IMG/VR virus record: IMGVR_UViG_3300028388_005074
Location: 1 to 52,507 of that record
Source: a virus
Taxonomy: Duplodnaviria; Caudoviricetes
DNA length: 52,507 nucleotides
Strand: one strand, 5' to 3'
Below the pieces are notes generated by a model, which did no database searches, was not told the DNA's origin, and worked only from the letters and a program-made list of their open reading frames with translations. Of this stretch, positions 28,950 to 38,200 are shown one piece after another (position 1 is the first letter of the stretch; each line of letters begins with the position of its first letter). Position numbers and translations under genes: made by a program.

Positions 28950-29348
28950 ATGGCACAAATTCTTAATGGCGACTCTGGATTTAGCGTAAGAATCAAACTA
29001 AACAATACTGGCATTCGTAAAAACACATTCGATGCCACCATAGCGCCAACTATTAACAACGATACTGATTCTGGATACGAAATCGGCTCGCTATTTTTTG
29101 TTCCATCAACTGGCCAAGTGTTTATCTCAACAGACGTTTCTTCTGGAGCAGCTACATGGACAAAGGTTGGTGGGGGGGCAACAGCTACCGGCGATGGTGG
29201 CGATCAGGTGTTTTTGACAAACGGCAATACTGTAACGTCAAGTTATACAATCGATAGCAATTTCAACGCTATTAGTGCTGGACCAGTCACTATAAATAGC
29301 GATGTAACAGTAACAATTCCAACTGGATCAAGATACGTGGTGGTTTAA
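28950..29348 (+). CDS. Small fibre-associated protein (132 aa)
   Basis: APT.NND...GY.IGS, and a C-terminal module paralogous to 28180. Confidence 0.8.
   Translation: MAQILNGDSGFSVRIKLNNTGIRKNTFDATIAPTINNDTDSGYEIGSLFFVPSTGQVFISTDVSSGAATWTKVGGGATATGDGGDQVFLTNGNTVTSSYTIDSNFNAISAGPVTINSDVTVTIPTGSRYVVV
29291..29298 (+). promoter_or_regulatory. Intragenic T4-type late promoter
   Basis: TATAAATA about 55 nt upstream of ORF 29353. Confidence 0.45.
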
Positions 29349-29352
29349 ACAA

Positions 29353-29796
29353 ATGGCGATTATTCTAGATGGCACGAGCGGGATTACCGCTCCTTCAATA
29401 ACGGCTAATGCCGATTCTAGCACGTTTATTGGAATAAAAACTGATAAATTGTCTAATTCGGCGGGCACCGGCCCGGCAGAGCTAATTGATCAAAGTGCTG
29501 CAAAGGCACATGTACATTTCGATGCTGCGGGCGGAACCCCAACGATCGTTTCTGGGCGGGCTTTTAATGTTGCTAGTATTACTGACAATGCAGTGGGAAT
29601 TTATATTCCAAATTTTACCAACGCTATGGATACAAGCGAATATGCTGCTGGCGCAAGTCAAAAAGGCAGTACTGCCATAGACATAATTGTTTCTGGAAAC
29701 TCATTGACAACAACTGGGTATATTCGGTTTAGGGATGGTGCGGTGGACACAGATATAGACGGCGTGTCGTTTTGGCAATTTGGGACATTGGCATGA
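29353..29796 (+). CDS. Small fibre-tip-like protein (147 aa)
   Basis: AKAHVHFD...FNVASITDNAVG.Y..NFTNAM family motif. Confidence 0.8.
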   Translation: MAIILDGTSGITAPSITANADSSTFIGIKTDKLSNSAGTGPAELIDQSAAKAHVHFDAAGGTPTIVSGRAFNVASITDNAVGIYIPNFTNAMDTSEYAAGASQKGSTAIDIIVSGNSLTTTGYIRFRDGAVDTDIDGVSFWQFGTLA

Positions 29797-30893
29797 GTAT
29801 TCTTAACGTATCTAATATCAAAGGACGAACGGGCGGCGATGATGCTATAATTAACGGCATGCCATTGCGGCCTGGTTTTATTAACCCAACCAATAAGATT
29901 ATTAACGGAACTTTTGAAATTTGGCAGCGTGGCACATCCCAAACGTCTAATACGTATAGTTCAGCGGACCGGTGGAGACATACGGTGACCGGAGGAACTG
30001 GAACTCAATCACGACAAGATTTTACCGTTGGTACAAAATTTGGATCAAATAGCCCTCGTCATTTTCTTAGATTGGGAGTTACTGGTCAGTCACTAACATC
30101 CGATCGTTCGAGAACGATTAATGCGATTGAAGACGTTCGCACGTTTGCCGGCGAAACAATTACTGTCCTTGGTTGGGCAAAAAGAAACTCTGGCTCAGGA
30201 AATACAGCGATTAGTTTAAGACAAGTTTTTGGCACTGGTGGATCAACAAATGTTGAAGTTAACGCACCTAGCCAGATTGCACTGACAACCGCATGGCAGC
30301 CATTTGCATTAACATTTGACGTGCCATCTATCACTGGTAAAACTTTAGGCACCGATGCTAATGGATTCGAAGATCATGCGCTATGGGTAATGATATGGGC
30401 TAGTGCGGGATCCGACTATTCCGGAATATCAGCATCTCTTGGTATTCAAACCATCGAAGTTGATTTCTGGGGAATCCACACGCTTCTAGGAACGCACACC
30501 ACTGACGCTGTAAACTATTACAGAGCGCCGGATCGTGGAAAGGAATTTAATGACTGTCTTCGATATTATGAGCATTCGTATGCTTATGGAACATACCCCG
30601 GAGCAGCAACGTATACAGGAGCTAACGTCGATTATTTTGATACTACCTCGGCTAACGATGCGCAATCGACCATTTTCTTTACCGTGGCCAAAAGAACCAA
30701 TCTATACACAGAAGAAATTTATAGTCCGGTTACGGGAGCAAGCGCCAACTATTACGACTACACCGCTAGCACAGATCGCGCCTGTGATGCGGTAGGTGTT
30801 GGGAACCTTAGCATGAGAATGCGATCATCGGGTTCCATCGCCGGAGAGCGCGCTGCATATTTTCATTGGACGTGTGACGCGGAGCTTATTTAA
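29793..30893 (+). CDS. Fibre protein with a carbohydrate-binding-like domain (366 aa)
   Basis: ATG at 29793 (ATGA overlap). NKIINGTFEIWQRG...ADRW...IEDVRTFAG.T.T...E...CLRYYE.SY. Confidence 0.8.
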   Translation: MSILNVSNIKGRTGGDDAIINGMPLRPGFINPTNKIINGTFEIWQRGTSQTSNTYSSADRWRHTVTGGTGTQSRQDFTVGTKFGSNSPRHFLRLGVTGQSLTSDRSRTINAIEDVRTFAGETITVLGWAKRNSGSGNTAISLRQVFGTGGSTNVEVNAPSQIALTTAWQPFALTFDVPSITGKTLGTDANGFEDHALWVMIWASAGSDYSGISASLGIQTIEVDFWGIHTLLGTHTTDAVNYYRAPDRGKEFNDCLRYYEHSYAYGTYPGAATYTGANVDYFDTTSANDAQSTIFFTVAKRTNLYTEEIYSPVTGASANYYDYTASTDRACDAVGVGNLSMRMRSSGSIAGERAAYFHWTCDAELI

Positions 30894-32026
30894 TGTCGAC
30901 AATTCTAGCTGACATAGTCGATGGTGTTGACGACAACGGCGAGCTTTACGTCAACGGCCAAGAGTTTTCTCGCTGGTTCTTTAACAACGAAAATATGTAC
31001 ACCAATGGCACGTTTGAATATGGTCAGCGGCGAACAACTTTTGATTCCACGGCCCGCGCCGTCGGCGATCTTGCTATGGACGAGCACCGAATAAACTATC
31101 AGTTTAGCAACGGATCGTTACTAGGAACGCAAGAAACATTTCCTGTTGGTACAAAGCTCGGCATGAACACGCCGCGACATTTTTATAGAATGACTATATC
31201 GGGAACGCAACAGGGCGATGAGTTTGGCGTGGCATGGCTAAGAGGTACTATTGAAAAGATTGATGCTTTTAATGAACCATGGACGCTTCTTGGCTGGGCT
31301 AGGTCGGCTTATTCCAATTCAATTGTTGTTCGTGCCACTGCAGATGACATAATCATCGGCCGCGCTTCTATTGATCAGGGTGTAATTGAAACAACCACGA
31401 ATTGGCAGCCATTTGCTGTTCCGATGAATGTTTATGGATCGGCAGGATTATTTCCAGGGCCCGTTATCGACGGCGGAGTTGAAGATGAATCTAATATTGA
31501 TCTCAATTTTTGGATAATGAGCACGGATGATGAATCTCTCTATGGCGGCCTAAGAAAAGACAATCTAGCCAAACCAGGAGATCCCGTACAGATTGATTTG
31601 TGGGGATTGCATACTAGAATGGGCACCTGGTCAGCATCTGCCGCACCTGCGTATTATATTGCTCCTTCCCAAGCTGAAGAATATCTTAAATGTGCTAGAT
31701 ATTATCAAAAGTCATATGCCTTGGGAACAGCACCGGGTGCCGTAGACGAATATGTCGGAGCTGTAACAACGTATGGTAACACGGGAGGTTTGTATAGAGC
31801 AGGAATAACCGTTCCTGTGGTTCCTAAATTTCATACGCCCTTCGTCACAACATACAGTCCAGAGACAGGAGCTAGTGGACAAGTTCGCGTTGGCACGAGC
31901 AGCGGTGCGGATGTAGCCTCATCTGTGAGCAGAACAACGACGCATTTTCGAGTAATTAATAATGCGACATCTGGGACAGACGCACAAATGTATTTTCATT
32001 GGGCCGCGTCGGCTACTTGCGTATAA
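30893..32026 (+). CDS. Paralogous fibre protein (377 aa)
   Basis: N...NGTFE.GQR, SPRHF/TPRHF, LGWA, WQPFA, EE..KCARYYQKSY, YSP.TGAS and YFHW are shared with 29793. Confidence 0.8.
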   Translation: MSTILADIVDGVDDNGELYVNGQEFSRWFFNNENMYTNGTFEYGQRRTTFDSTARAVGDLAMDEHRINYQFSNGSLLGTQETFPVGTKLGMNTPRHFYRMTISGTQQGDEFGVAWLRGTIEKIDAFNEPWTLLGWARSAYSNSIVVRATADDIIIGRASIDQGVIETTTNWQPFAVPMNVYGSAGLFPGPVIDGGVEDESNIDLNFWIMSTDDESLYGGLRKDNLAKPGDPVQIDLWGLHTRMGTWSASAAPAYYIAPSQAEEYLKCARYYQKSYALGTAPGAVDEYVGAVTTYGNTGGLYRAGITVPVVPKFHTPFVTTYSPETGASGQVRVGTSSGADVASSVSRTTTHFRVINNATSGTDAQMYFHWAASATCV

Positions 32027-32029
32027 ATA
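32022..32029 (+). promoter_or_regulatory. T4-type late promoter
   Basis: TATAAATA upstream of ORF 32052. Confidence 0.8.
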
Positions 32030-32051
32030 AATAAAAACAGGATTGTGAAGA

Positions 32052-32363
32052 ATGTCAATTAAACTAGATCCAAGTAAAGGAATAACGCTTCCTGGGAAAA
32101 CAAGGACTGATATTACATCAGTTGTGGGCCCAGATTCCGGCGCTTTATTTTATGATAGAACTGCAGGAGCGCCTATTATCCGTCGTGATAATGAGTGGGC
32201 TCATGTCGGTAGTGTTGGTTTTGTTTTTCGTCGCAACCCAAAGTCGCTAGATTCGGATTTTACTATTGGATCGACAGAAAACGCGTCGGCCGCCGGACCT
32301 CTAACGGTTACAACCGGAGTCACTCTAACGATTGATTCTGGCGGTGAGTTGGTAATTCTATAA
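32052..32363 (+). CDS. Small fibre-associated protein (103 aa)
   Basis: C-terminal NASAAGPLTVTTGVTLTIDSGGELVIL, paralogous to the ends of 28180 and 28950. Confidence 0.8.
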   Translation: MSIKLDPSKGITLPGKTRTDITSVVGPDSGALFYDRTAGAPIIRRDNEWAHVGSVGFVFRRNPKSLDSDFTIGSTENASAAGPLTVTTGVTLTIDSGGELVIL

Positions 32364-32372
32364 GGATTAGAG

Positions 32373-32723
32373 ATGAGTACTATTAGAGCAACAACAGTTA
32401 GTGATCAAGTAGGAACTGGGCCTGCTACACTAACAGGCCAAAATGCCCCAAAAGCATACGCCTCCGGGTCATCGGAAACATTAACGCAGGGATTTAACAT
32501 TACGTCAGTCACAGACAATGGAGTTGGAAACTTCGGTTCAACGTTTACAAATACGATGGGATCCTCTGGGTATCCATATGGAACCGCCAGCCGCGGGTCA
32601 TCAGCAGATAGATTTGTCGGTACAGGAAACAACGCGACAACGGGCGTTAGCGCGTTTTGTTTTGATGGGACGACGCTAACGGACATGTCTTGGGGATTTA
32701 TTGCTGTGGGTGAATTAGCATGA
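32373..32723 (+). CDS. Small fibre-tip-like protein (116 aa)
   Basis: GTGPATL...PKAY...FNITSVTDNGVG....FTNTM...GELA. Paralogue of 29353. Confidence 0.8.
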   Translation: MSTIRATTVSDQVGTGPATLTGQNAPKAYASGSSETLTQGFNITSVTDNGVGNFGSTFTNTMGSSGYPYGTASRGSSADRFVGTGNNATTGVSAFCFDGTTLTDMSWGFIAVGELA

Positions 32724-33094
32724 GTACAATAAGAGTAGATAACGCAAGACCATCAGCCGGAGGAACAGCTTTTTCTGTTCCGGATGGGTTGGCCAAGATG
32801 ACTTCATTCTTCGATGCGATCTCTGGCACTCCAACAGAAGAATATGGATATAACGTCGCCAGTTATACTGATAATGGTGTTGGTCTGTACTTTATTAACT
32901 ACACCAACGTTGTTAATCAAGGCGACCAACCAGGACAGGCGACGGCGACGGTGCTATTGAGCTCAAACCCAGATCAAACCAGGTGTTTGACTAGCAATAC
33001 ATCATACTTTTATTTTGTCCACAGTGAAGACGAACCGGCCGCGTACGCGGATGTATCTGTTAACCACGCTTGTGTATGGGGGCCATTAGCATGA
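32720..33094 (+). CDS. Small fibre-tip-like protein (124 aa)
   Basis: MSTIRVDN...AK...FD...YNVASYTDNGVG.Y.INYTN...GPLA. Confidence 0.8.
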   Translation: MSTIRVDNARPSAGGTAFSVPDGLAKMTSFFDAISGTPTEEYGYNVASYTDNGVGLYFINYTNVVNQGDQPGQATATVLLSSNPDQTRCLTSNTSYFYFVHSEDEPAAYADVSVNHACVWGPLA

Positions 33095-33480
33095 GTGTTA
33101 TTATTTCAGATACCGCAAACATTTTTACGTTAGGGAAGAAGGACGCTAGTCCTGCTCAAAACATTAGCGTAGATTACGTGTACAACTGTACTGCCAGAGT
33201 TTGGGGATATCACAGCACTAGTGGTGATACGGGTTCTGCTTCATATAATGTATCATCAAACACAGATCTTGGGCCTGGCAATTTTACATTTGCTACTGTA
33301 GTTACGCTAGCCCAAAACCCCAGCCCGATCGTTCATAGCGTAAGATCTGGGTTGGGAACTGATAAGCTTTCAGTAACAAATATGACCACAAACGAAGGTG
33401 AAGTTAATATTTGGGACGTGTCAGCCGCCGGCACCGTCGACGATGATGGATTTTTTATAGTTATGGGGAATTTTGCATAA
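33091..33480 (+). CDS. Small fibre-tip-like protein (129 aa)
   Basis: ATG at 33091 (ATGA overlap). ARVW...SYNVSSNTDLGPGNF...GNFA. Confidence 0.75.
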   Translation: MSVIISDTANIFTLGKKDASPAQNISVDYVYNCTARVWGYHSTSGDTGSASYNVSSNTDLGPGNFTFATVVTLAQNPSPIVHSVRSGLGTDKLSVTNMTTNEGEVNIWDVSAAGTVDDDGFFIVMGNFA

Positions 33481-33992
33481 TGAGCAATTGGAAACACACA
33501 ATTGAGGGTGTCGACTGGGCCTCTTATAAACTGTGGGAACGAGAGCAGATTTTTAAAGAGATCTGCAAGCAAAACAACGTTGAGCTTGAACAAGCGCCAT
33601 ATTCAATACTTTGGGAAGATCCAGACGATCTCGATGCGCCAATGAAGGTGACGTCACCATCACCAACATGGTGGGCAATGGCTCTTCATGGCAAAATATT
33701 GCCACCAGTTAGCGTTTATTGGGCTCTCAGAGACGACGAAGAAAAACCAGATTTTAAACAACATACGCGCGGATACTTGCTTCACAACACACAACCATTA
33801 GAAGCGATGACCGAAGAACAAGCAGTTGAATATTTGATTATGAAAGATATTCCAATGCGCGTTTGGAAAGATTATAATGGTAATCGCCAAATACTTAAGA
33901 TAATTCCTAGATACATGGTACCAGACGATAGGTCTTATCGCAATGCATGGAAAATAAAGCAAACGGAGAATGTAAACAATGTCGCAAATTAA
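33480..33992 (+). CDS. Fibre-module accessory protein (170 aa)
   Basis: MTEEQAVEYLIMKDIP...PDDRSYRNAW. TAATG-coupled to the preceding gene. Confidence 0.75.
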   Translation: MSNWKHTIEGVDWASYKLWEREQIFKEICKQNNVELEQAPYSILWEDPDDLDAPMKVTSPSPTWWAMALHGKILPPVSVYWALRDDEEKPDFKQHTRGYLLHNTQPLEAMTEEQAVEYLIMKDIPMRVWKDYNGNRQILKIIPRYMVPDDRSYRNAWKIKQTENVNNVAN

Positions 33993-34347
33993 TATCAACG
34001 GAGAAATCCGCGAAGCGGCTGGACTCAAGCTTCCAGCTAGCGGAAGAGAATTTCGCGCGGCATGGCAGTTCAACGGAGACGCTGTCGAAGTTGATATGGT
34101 TAAAGCGCGTGAAATTCATAGAGAAAAACTACGTCGAGCAAGAAAGCCTTTACTCGAAGCGCTTGATGCTGAGTGGTTCCGAGCAATGGAATCTGGGGGC
34201 GATGTTGCTAGCATCGTCGCAAAAAAAGAAGCTCTGCGTCAAGTGACTAAGGACGCACGGATTGAATCTGCATCAACACCAGAAGAGCTTCTGGAGCTAG
34301 ATCTCGAATCTCTTATCAGCAAACCAAAAGGTCGCAAGAGCCGCTGA
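33979..34347 (+). CDS. Putative tail fibre assembly chaperone (122 aa)
   Basis: REFRAAW...VDM.KAREIHR..LR.AR.PLL..LD..W.RA.E......I..KK.ALR.VT, a helical chaperone-like pattern. Confidence 0.65.
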   Translation: MSQININGEIREAAGLKLPASGREFRAAWQFNGDAVEVDMVKAREIHREKLRRARKPLLEALDAEWFRAMESGGDVASIVAKKEALRQVTKDARIESASTPEELLELDLESLISKPKGRKSR

Positions 34348-34355
34348 TATAAATA
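34348..34355 (+). promoter_or_regulatory. T4-type late promoter
   Basis: TATAAATA upstream of ORF 34392, followed by an AGGAG SD. Confidence 0.85.
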
Positions 34356-34391
34356 CAGCAGTAATGCGCAACCTACAGGAGAAATAAAAAA

Positions 34392-34772
34392 ATGGCATTT
34401 CTAGCAGATCGTGTTTTTGACAACGGACTTACCGTTCTTGACACCGAAGCAAACCGAATCGATATTATCGATTCTGGTCTTGGTGCACCAACGACTTTCG
34501 CTGAAGCAACTTCAACAAACTCGCTTGGGTTTAGTAGATCACTTTCAATCGGCGCGCCAGCTGATAGAGGCGGCGGCGGTCGTGAAGTTACCGTCGCGTC
34601 TATTTCCGACGGCACTGTTACTGGAACTGGTACAGCGGGATTATACGCTATTACCGACTCAGGTAACGACCGACTACTCGCTTGGGGCAATCTGACAACT
34701 TCTCAAGCTGTTACAAGCGGCAACTCATTTACGCTAACCTCATTCACAATTGGTATTCCTGATCCAGCTTAA
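34392..34772 (+). CDS. Small beta-rich virion/fibre subunit (126 aa)
   Basis: MAFLADRVFDNGL...PTTFAEAT...GTVTGTGTA..YAITD....RLL.WG.L..SQAVTSGNSFTL, with its own promoter and strong SD. Confidence 0.8.
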   Translation: MAFLADRVFDNGLTVLDTEANRIDIIDSGLGAPTTFAEATSTNSLGFSRSLSIGAPADRGGGGREVTVASISDGTVTGTGTAGLYAITDSGNDRLLAWGNLTTSQAVTSGNSFTLTSFTIGIPDPA

Positions 34773-34798
34773 TAGCTGAAAGGTTGCGTTACAAAACT

Positions 34799-34827
34799 TG
34801 CAAGGGGATTCGTCCCCTTGCATTTGT
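34799..34827 (+). terminator. Strong UUCG hairpin (terminator/attenuator)
   Basis: TGCAAGGGGA-TTCG-TCCCCTTGCA followed by TTTGT. Confidence 0.8.
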
Positions 34828-34853
34828 ATTAATAACGCGGAGCTATAAAGTAC

Positions 34854-35207
34854 ATGGCTCGATCTCGGGGTATCGATTCAATAGGCCTAGAACACAATGA
34901 ACCTGTTTCCAACGGGGTTCATTGTTTGTCGGCCGAATCTATTTCGGTCGCCGCCCCAATAATAGATTCTCCAAGTAAATCACAAAAATATAGTTTTGGA
35001 GCGACGTCAATAACAACAGGCGTCCCAGCGCTCGACGGTACACCTTCCGTAGAAATAGTTGTTGTTGCCTATAGTTACGACAACGGTCTGCTTATTGTTC
35101 CCGCTCCACATATAATGTTGATTTACCACAGCCATTCCGTTTCCGCTAATGGAATAAACAGCCCGCCGCGCCGCAATATTAATCTCATCTGGGAAGGTGG
35201 CAGATGA
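34854..35207 (+). CDS. Hypothetical protein with two degenerate copies of the 23-aa repeat (117 aa)
   Basis: GGAG SD. HCLSAESISVAAPIID and YSFGATSITTGVPALD match the repeat. ATGA overlap with 35204. Confidence 0.6.
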   Translation: MARSRGIDSIGLEHNEPVSNGVHCLSAESISVAAPIIDSPSKSQKYSFGATSITTGVPALDGTPSVEIVVVAYSYDNGLLIVPAPHIMLIYHSHSVSANGINSPPRRNINLIWEGGR

Positions 35208-38200
35208 GCAATCACTGGATTTTACAGCAAGGCGCTTGGGACGACACTGGAGTATGGAGCGATAGTGATTTTTGGATCGATGCCAACGATCCACTAACCG
35301 CTGATAATATAACAGCAGGCGTTCCGGCGGTTGGGGAGATAACACTAACTCAACAACACAATTTTACAATAAAAACGGCAATTGGGCTAGATGGGGACGA
35401 ATCAGGAGACCTTCTGGCCGAGGGGGATGAATCAGGCGAGTTACTTACAGACGGCGATGCTGGAACATTATTGACTGGCCGGCCTGTTTTAGCAACAACA
35501 GAGCTTGACGAAGAAAACAATCTTCAGCCCGTTTCTATAGCAACATCAGCGCCAGTAATCAATACATCAGCTGTTAATCAAACTCACACTATATCTGCAG
35601 ATACTATTATAGTCGGAGCTCCAGCTGTTGGAACAACAGAGCTTGACGAAGAAAACAATCTTCAGCCCGTTTCTATAGCAACATCAGCGCCGGCAATTGG
35701 CACAACCACACTCGAAATCTCCACAATTGAATTTACTACAAGCAATATTGTTGCCGGCACTCCTTCTGTCAGTACAACAGAGCTTGACGAAGAAAACAAT
35801 CTTCAGCCCGTTTCTATAGTAACAGAAGCGCCGGCAATCGATACATCAGCTGTTAATCAAACTCACACTCTATCTGCAGATACTATTATAGTCGGAGCTC
35901 CAGCTGTTGGAACTTCCGACATCACACAGACGCACAGCCTAGATGCAAATTCAATTGCAACAGGAAATCCTTCTATAGGAACCACGGAAGCTGACGAAGA
36001 CAACTCTCTTGTTCCAGTCGATATCGTCACTGGTGTTGTAAGTTTACAAACATCTGAGATCGCCCAGACACACACGTTGACCGCAAATAATATACTATCT
36101 GGAGTTCCTGTGCTCCAGGCCGCGGCAATTGCGCAAACCCATGTTATCTCCACAGAAAACATTATTACAGATGCTCCTACACTAGGAACAACTGAAGCTG
36201 ACGAAGCGAATGCATTAATTCCAGTTGGGATTAATACTGGATCGCCAATTATTGGCACATCTGCTATCACACAAACCCAAAACATAAGCGCCAATAATAT
36301 TGTTTCTGAGGCGCCTGTAGTACAATCATCAATCATCACACAAAGTCATGTTTTGGTTGGAGAAGTTGTCAATTCGGGTAGTCCAACACTGGGCACAACA
36401 GAGCTAGATGAAAATAATGCATTAATCCCAGCTGGTATTGTCACCGCCGCTCCGATACTAGCAACAACTGAAGCTGACGAAGGCAACTTCTTAATCCCTG
36501 TTGCCATCGCCACCGGCACGCCGGAACTGGCAACAACAGAGCTTGATGAAGAAAATTCTCTTCAGCCAAGCTCAATCACATCGGGCAGTCCGACGCTAGG
36601 AACAAGCGCTATTAGTGAAGAGAACGCGCTGGCCGCAACTAGTATAGTAACAGGCAATCCAACGCTAGGGACAACAGAGCTAGATGAAAACAATGCACTA
36701 ATCCCAGCTGGTGTTGTCACCGCCGCTCCGATACTAGCAACAACTGAAGCTGACGAAGGCAACTTCTTAATCCCTGTTGCCATTGTTGCTGGCGTTCCGG
36801 AACTGGCAACAACAGAGCTAAGCGAAGAAAACGCGCTAACTACTACTAGCATAGTAACCGGCGATCCAACGCTAGGGACAACGGAAGCTGACGAAGATAA
36901 CGCTATTGTCCCTACTGGCATAGCAACCGGCGATCCAACACTAGACACCACCGAACTTGACGAAACAAATGCGCTCGCCACTGTTGCTATTACGACAAAT
37001 TCTCCTACGTTAGGAACAACAGAGCTAGACGAAACTAACGATCTATCGGCCGAGGAAATTGTAACGGGCGCTCCTGTTGTAGGAACAACTGAAGCTGACG
37101 AGGATAATACCCTTGTCCCAGTTGCTATAGTCGCTAATTCTCCAACATTACAAACATCTACGATCGCGCAGACACACGATTTAAGCGTCAATGGCGTGGT
37201 GTCGGGGGGTCCTGCACTCCAGACAGCTGGTATTGCGCAAACGCACGTCATAACCGCGGAAAACGTCGCTACGGGCGCGCCTACACTCGGCACAACGGAA
37301 GCAGACGAAGATAACTCTCTTGTTCCTGTTGGTATTGTCACCGGTCAGCCAACACTAGGTGCCACTGAACTCGACGAAACAAATGCAATTGTTGTGGTTT
37401 CTATTACAACAGGATTGCCAACACTAAACACCACCGAACTCGATGAAATCAATGCCCTAATAGCTGAAGGAATTGTAACGGGCGCTCCTGTTGTAGGAAC
37501 AACAGAGGCTGATGAAGACAACTCGCTACAACCAATAAACATCACGACAAGCGCGGTTGTTGTTGGCACGTCTAATATTAATCAAACGCACGTTATATCC
37601 ACAGAAAATATCGTAACGGATCAACCAACCGTAGATAACGCAGAGCTTGTCCAGCAGCAAGCGCTAACGCCGAGCAATATTAACTTCGGCGTTCCGACAG
37701 TCAGCGTAGCAGATATATCACAAACACACATCTTTGATGTTGTTGAAATAATAACAGATCTGCCCACTATTGGCACAACAGAGCTAGATGAAAATAACTC
37801 GCTGCAGCCAATGTCAATTGCTACAGACGCACCGACGTTAGGAACAACAGAGCTAGACGAAACTAACGCTCTATCGGCCGAGGAAATTGTAGCGGGAATC
37901 CCAGTTGTTGATCCAGCAACAATTTCTCAATCACATCAGCTACAATCTGTTGATATTACAACAGCCACGCCAATTATTAGCGAATCGAATATTAATCAGA
38001 CTCAATCGCTGAATGTTGGTGAAATTACGGCTGGTCAGCCAACAGTTGGTGAATCGACAATAGATCAGACGCAGGTTCTTGAGCCTGTTTCATTCAATGC
38101 TGGCCAACCAACACTCGGCGCTGCGGCGATTGAACAAACACATAACCTAGCCGGCAAATTAATAACAACTGGATTGCCAACACTTGGTACATCTGTACTT

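Noticed and set aside
28180-33480. Diversity-generating retroelement or invertible shufflon behind the fibre paralogues
   Set aside because: No reverse transcriptase or recombinase in the window, no template/variable repeat pair differing at adenines, and all genes lie on one strand. The longest shared DNA I saw was about 15 nt (TGGATCAAGATACGT).
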